Program-made: the position numbers and the translations under genes
Shown: one piece after another, positions 60,516 through 64,000 of the stretch
Layout of the letters: every line of letters begins with the position of its first letter
Numbering within the stretch: position 1 is the first letter of the stretch
DNA from: Macrostomum hystrix
Taxonomy: Eukaryota; Animalia; Platyhelminthes
Assembly (NCBI GenBank): GCA_950097015.1
Contig: CATNEN010000039.1
Coordinates: forward strand, 12,524,001 to 12,588,000
Length of the DNA stretch: 64,000 nucleotides
Direction of reading: 5' to 3'
The notes under the pieces: generated by a model
The model's input: only the letters and a program-made list of their open reading frames with translations
What the model was told of the DNA's origin: nothing
The model's database searches: none

Positions 60516-63457
60516 ATGGATGAAAGTCATGGATTAGAAGCTAAACAAGAGGAATCTCTGATAAAAGAAAACAAACAATCTACAAAAGTACAAGAGCCTG
60601 ATACTAGATCGATTTGGCAGATCCGTTGCCAACAGCTGAAACTTTTGCTTCGCTACCTATATCTGCTGCGTATTAGACACTATTTACGCCTTAGTGTCAG
60701 CATACTTTTGTTAATGCTATGTGTGCCAGCAAATTCTTGGACTTACAAAATAATAGAATCTTTTATTTTAAACACTAGAGCAGCCACTGGAATGTTGGGT
60801 GTTAATTTAGTTGATGGCTCCAACTATGGAACAAGCTCTAGATTATCACTAATGGCTGAGAATACAACTGACTTTGCTGCCATCAAAGCTACTTTGTTGT
60901 CTCGTGGCGTCAAACCTGATGTGTTCTCTCGGTAAGGAAGTGTTCATTTTCAATTTGTTACCACTTTCAAATGTCATATTTAAAGTACTAAGTGTGCAGT
61001 TTGAATTATGCATTATAAGGCCACCGCAAAATATACCAAATCTACAGTAGCTGAAACAATATATATTAAACATTCAGTAGCTGACACTAAATATGCCAAA
61101 TCTGCAATAGCTGAAACAATATATATTAAACATTCAATAGCTGACACTAAATATAACAAACCTTCAGTAGCTGACACTAAATATACCAAACATTCAGTAG
61201 CTGACACTAAATATACCAAACATTCAGTAGCTGACACTAAATATACCGAACATTCAGTACCTGACACTAAATATACCAAACATTCAGTAGCTGACACTAA
61301 ATATACCAAACATTCAGTAGCTGACACTAAATATACCAAACATTCAGTAGCTGACACTAAATATACCAAACATTCAGTACCTGACACTAAATATACCAAA
61401 CATTCAGTACCTGACACTAAATATACCAAACATTCAGTACCTGACACTAAATATACCAAACATTCAGTAGCTGACATCAATAATGCCAAGCCATTTTCCC
61501 CCTAGTTGCGGTACCTGGCCGGAGTGTCGGCGCCAGTTCCTGTCGCGGCTGCACAGCACCCTGCTGGACAAGTACTCACAGACTGGCCTACTAGACGATA
61601 AGGGCAATCCAGTCCGAGCCGAATGCACTGGGGGGTCTAGTCACGCCCTGACCTGCGCCTACTTTCTCCAGTTGTTGATGCGACCGAAAGTCAGTACCTT
61701 GTCTCCAGGCGGCGCCGCATTCAAAGATGTTGGCTTTCTGCGCTACGTTGTGAAACATCTGAAGCCTCTCAACGGCGATTCCTTCGACGATTTTTCATCA
61801 TCTGGAACGGATTCCAGTCACACGAGTGAGTTATCTGCTAGCCTTGTTCACGATTCGACCATGCTGAAATGCTTTTATGAGGGTATATTCATGAGGTACT
61901 GATGTTAATGTCATCGGATTACCAATGTTTAGATGCTGATGCATTTAAATTCTTCGGGTATTGATGCTTATCCCTACAAATTTCCAGGGTTTTTCGCTAA
62001 TCCATCCCGATTCCCAGGGTTCTGATGCTAATCCATCCCGATTCCTAGGGTTCTGATGCTAACCCATCCAGATTCCTAGGGTTTTGATGCTAACCCATCC
62101 CGATTCCTAGGGTTCTGATGCTAATCCATCCCGATTCCCAGGGTTCTGGTGCTAACCCATCGCGATTCCCAGTGTTCTGATGCTAATCCATCCCGATTCC
62201 CAGTGTTCTGATGCTAATCCATCCCGATTCCCAGTGTTCTGATGCTAATCCATCCCGATTCCCAGTGTTCTGATGCTATCCCATCCCGATTCCCAGTGTT
62301 CTATTTCTAATCCATCCCGATTCGCAGGGTTATTATGCTAATCCATCCCGATTCGCAGGGTTCTAATGCTAATCCATCCCGATTCCCGGTGTTCTGATGC
62401 TAATCCATCCCGATTCCCAGGGTTCTGATGCTAATCCATCCCGATTCCCAGTGTTCTGATGCTAACCCATCCAGATTCCCAGTGTTCTGATGCTAATCCA
62501 TCCCGATTCGCAGGGTTCTGATGCTAATCCATCCCGATTCCCAGGGTTCTGATGCTAATCCATCCCGATTCCCTGTGTTCTGATGCTAATCCATCCCGAT
62601 TCCCAGGGTTCTGATGCTAATCCATCCCGATTCCCTGTGTTCTGATGCTAACCCATCCCGATTCGCAGGGTTATAATGCCAACCCATCCACATTCCCAGT
62701 GTTCTGATGCTAATCCATCCCGATTCCCAGTGTTCTAATGCTAATCCATCTTGATTTCCTGTGTTCTGATGCCAATCTCCTTAGATTTTTAAGGTTTTGA
62801 GCTAATCCTCTCAGGTTTCCGAGTTTCTGATGCTAATCCCTTTTGGTTCTTAAGTTTTTATGTGTCTATTTTTGGCAAACTTCTTTCACAAATGTCATCC
62901 TAGTTTAACCATAATTTTATCCTCGGGATTTTCTAAACCGCACAGAATCCGGTGATCTACCGCCCATTGCTCCGGAATATCGGCCGATTCCGGACACTCC
63001 GTGCACTCGCACGCATTCGCATGCTTTATTTGGTGCAGTCTCGCATTTTCATTCTGTTCTACTGCTGACCGCGCTAGCCTCTTTAATGCTTCAGGTATGG
63101 CCCATTTAGAATAATTTTATATATGAGACCATTTTCAAACCTCAAAACTTTTCCGTTTCTCCACTGTACACGTAGGCTGACCTGTTCCCGCTGTGCAGTC
63201 TACGTCGTGCCGGCTTCCTTCGCCTGATGTACTTTAGCGGCCTGGAGCCCGTCATCGCCTGGCTGGCAGCCTGCATTTGGGGCCTGGCCGAGTGCTTCGC
63301 CGTGGCGTTGGCCGTAGCCGTAGCCTACAAGTGCCAGTGTCCGGGCGAGGCGCTGGAGCCGGCGAGGTTCGGTCTGGCCTTCCTAGCTGTCACCTGCTCA
63401 GCTGTGCACTACCTGGCCTGCGGACTGCTGGCTGTGTCCTGTGGTCATTTTGGCTAT
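60516..63457 (+). CDS. Unidentified multi-pass membrane protein, 3'-incomplete; exons 60516-60931, 61506-61825, 62946-63094, 63176-63457
   Basis: Four exons join in one open frame through GT-AG introns (phases 2, 1, 0); several hydrophobic segments; no family recognised. Confidence 0.6.
61030..61480 (+). repeat. 30-bp intronic minisatellite
   Basis: Unit CTGACACTAAATATACCAAACATTCAGTAG. Confidence 0.95.
61980..62775 (+). repeat. 31-bp intronic minisatellite
   Basis: Unit TCCCAGKGTTCTGATGCTAATCCATCCCGAT. Confidence 0.95.
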
Positions 63458-63825
63458 GTGAGTTATTGGTCATTAACCTACTCAGTGTGCTCAGTTTGGC
63501 TATGTGAGTTATTGGTCATTAACCTACTCAGTGATCACAGTTCGAGTTGGTCGTTAATGTACTCAGTGTTATCAGTTCGAGTTGGTCGTTAATGTACTCA
63601 GTGTTATCAGTTCGAGTTGGTCGTTAATGTACTCAGTGTTATCAGTTCGAGTTGGTCGTTAATGTACTCAGTGTTATCTGTTCGAGTTGGTCGTTAATGT
63701 ACTCAGTGTTATCTGTTCGAGTTGGTCGTTAATGTACTCAGTGTTATCTGTTCGAGTTGGTCGTTAATGTACTCAGTGTTATCTGTTCGAGTTGGTCGTT
63801 AATGTACTCAGTGTGCTCAGTTCGG
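63449..63825 (+). repeat. Duplicated splice-donor segment followed by a derived 35-bp minisatellite
   Basis: TTTGGCTATGTGAGTTATTGGTCATTAACCTACTCAGTG x2, then GAGTTGGTCGTTAATGTACTCAGTGTTATCWGTTC x~8. Confidence 0.9.
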
Positions 63826-63861
63826 CTTTGTTGGAGAGTTATCAGTTCTACAAGACAGAAG

Positions 63862-64000
63862 AAGTTGTAGCCTAGTGGTTAGGGCGTCGGACTCACTACT
63901 TAAAGGTCGAGGGTTCAATTCCCGACTCCACAGGAGCAATATATGTCTCCTTTAGCGAGACACTTAACTCTGCATTGCTTCAGTTCACCCAGCTGTTAAA
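63862..64000 (+). mobile_element. SINE family A, 5' end (tRNA-like head + CORE-like domain)
   Basis: A box TAGCCTAGTGG, B box GGTTCAATTCC, followed directly by GAGACACTTAAC..TTGCTTCAGTTCACCCAGCTGTTAAA. Confidence 0.75.

Noticed and set aside
61008-61505. DTKYTKHSVA repeat protein
   Set aside because: 30-bp array inside the GT-AG intron 60932-61505.
63862-63930. tRNA gene
   Set aside because: A and B boxes present, but it runs straight into a CORE-like SINE body and has several diverged copies in the window.

Overview
Eukaryotic, animal (lophotrochozoan-type) genomic DNA. Minisatellite-packed introns, CORE-type SINEs and a flatworm-type GluCl suggest a free-living flatworm such as Macrostomum (inference only). 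Most long ORFs in the supplied track are translations of tandem repeats. Genes supported by hand-spliced models: a coiled-coil protein with two IBR-like zinc modules (1-2469); a B-box/NZF/coiled-coil/IBR gene resembling a minimal HOIP/RNF31 (4533-6401); RagA/B with an uninterrupted CDS; a 5-exon ARIH1-like E3; a Cys-loop chloride channel locus; a ~910-aa protein of tandem degenerate LRAT/NlpC-P60-like domains; ODAD4/TTC25 with two candidate micro-exons; and an unidentified multi-pass membrane gene at the right edge. The best candidate for an undescribed system is the channel locus. Two ~1-kb first exons (each signal peptide + ligand-binding domain + M1 + M2) end in same-phase donors and can splice to one shared M3-M4 exon, a protocadherin/UGT1-style layout with near-identical binding domains and different pore helices. 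Mobile DNA includes a Crypton-like tyrosine-recombinase element inserted in a palindrome of a Harbinger-like MITE (which also hosts a second copy of itself), a hAT MITE, a Gypsy remnant, an RNase H-bearing LINE and two SINE families. All family calls come from motif recognition by eye; no searches were run.
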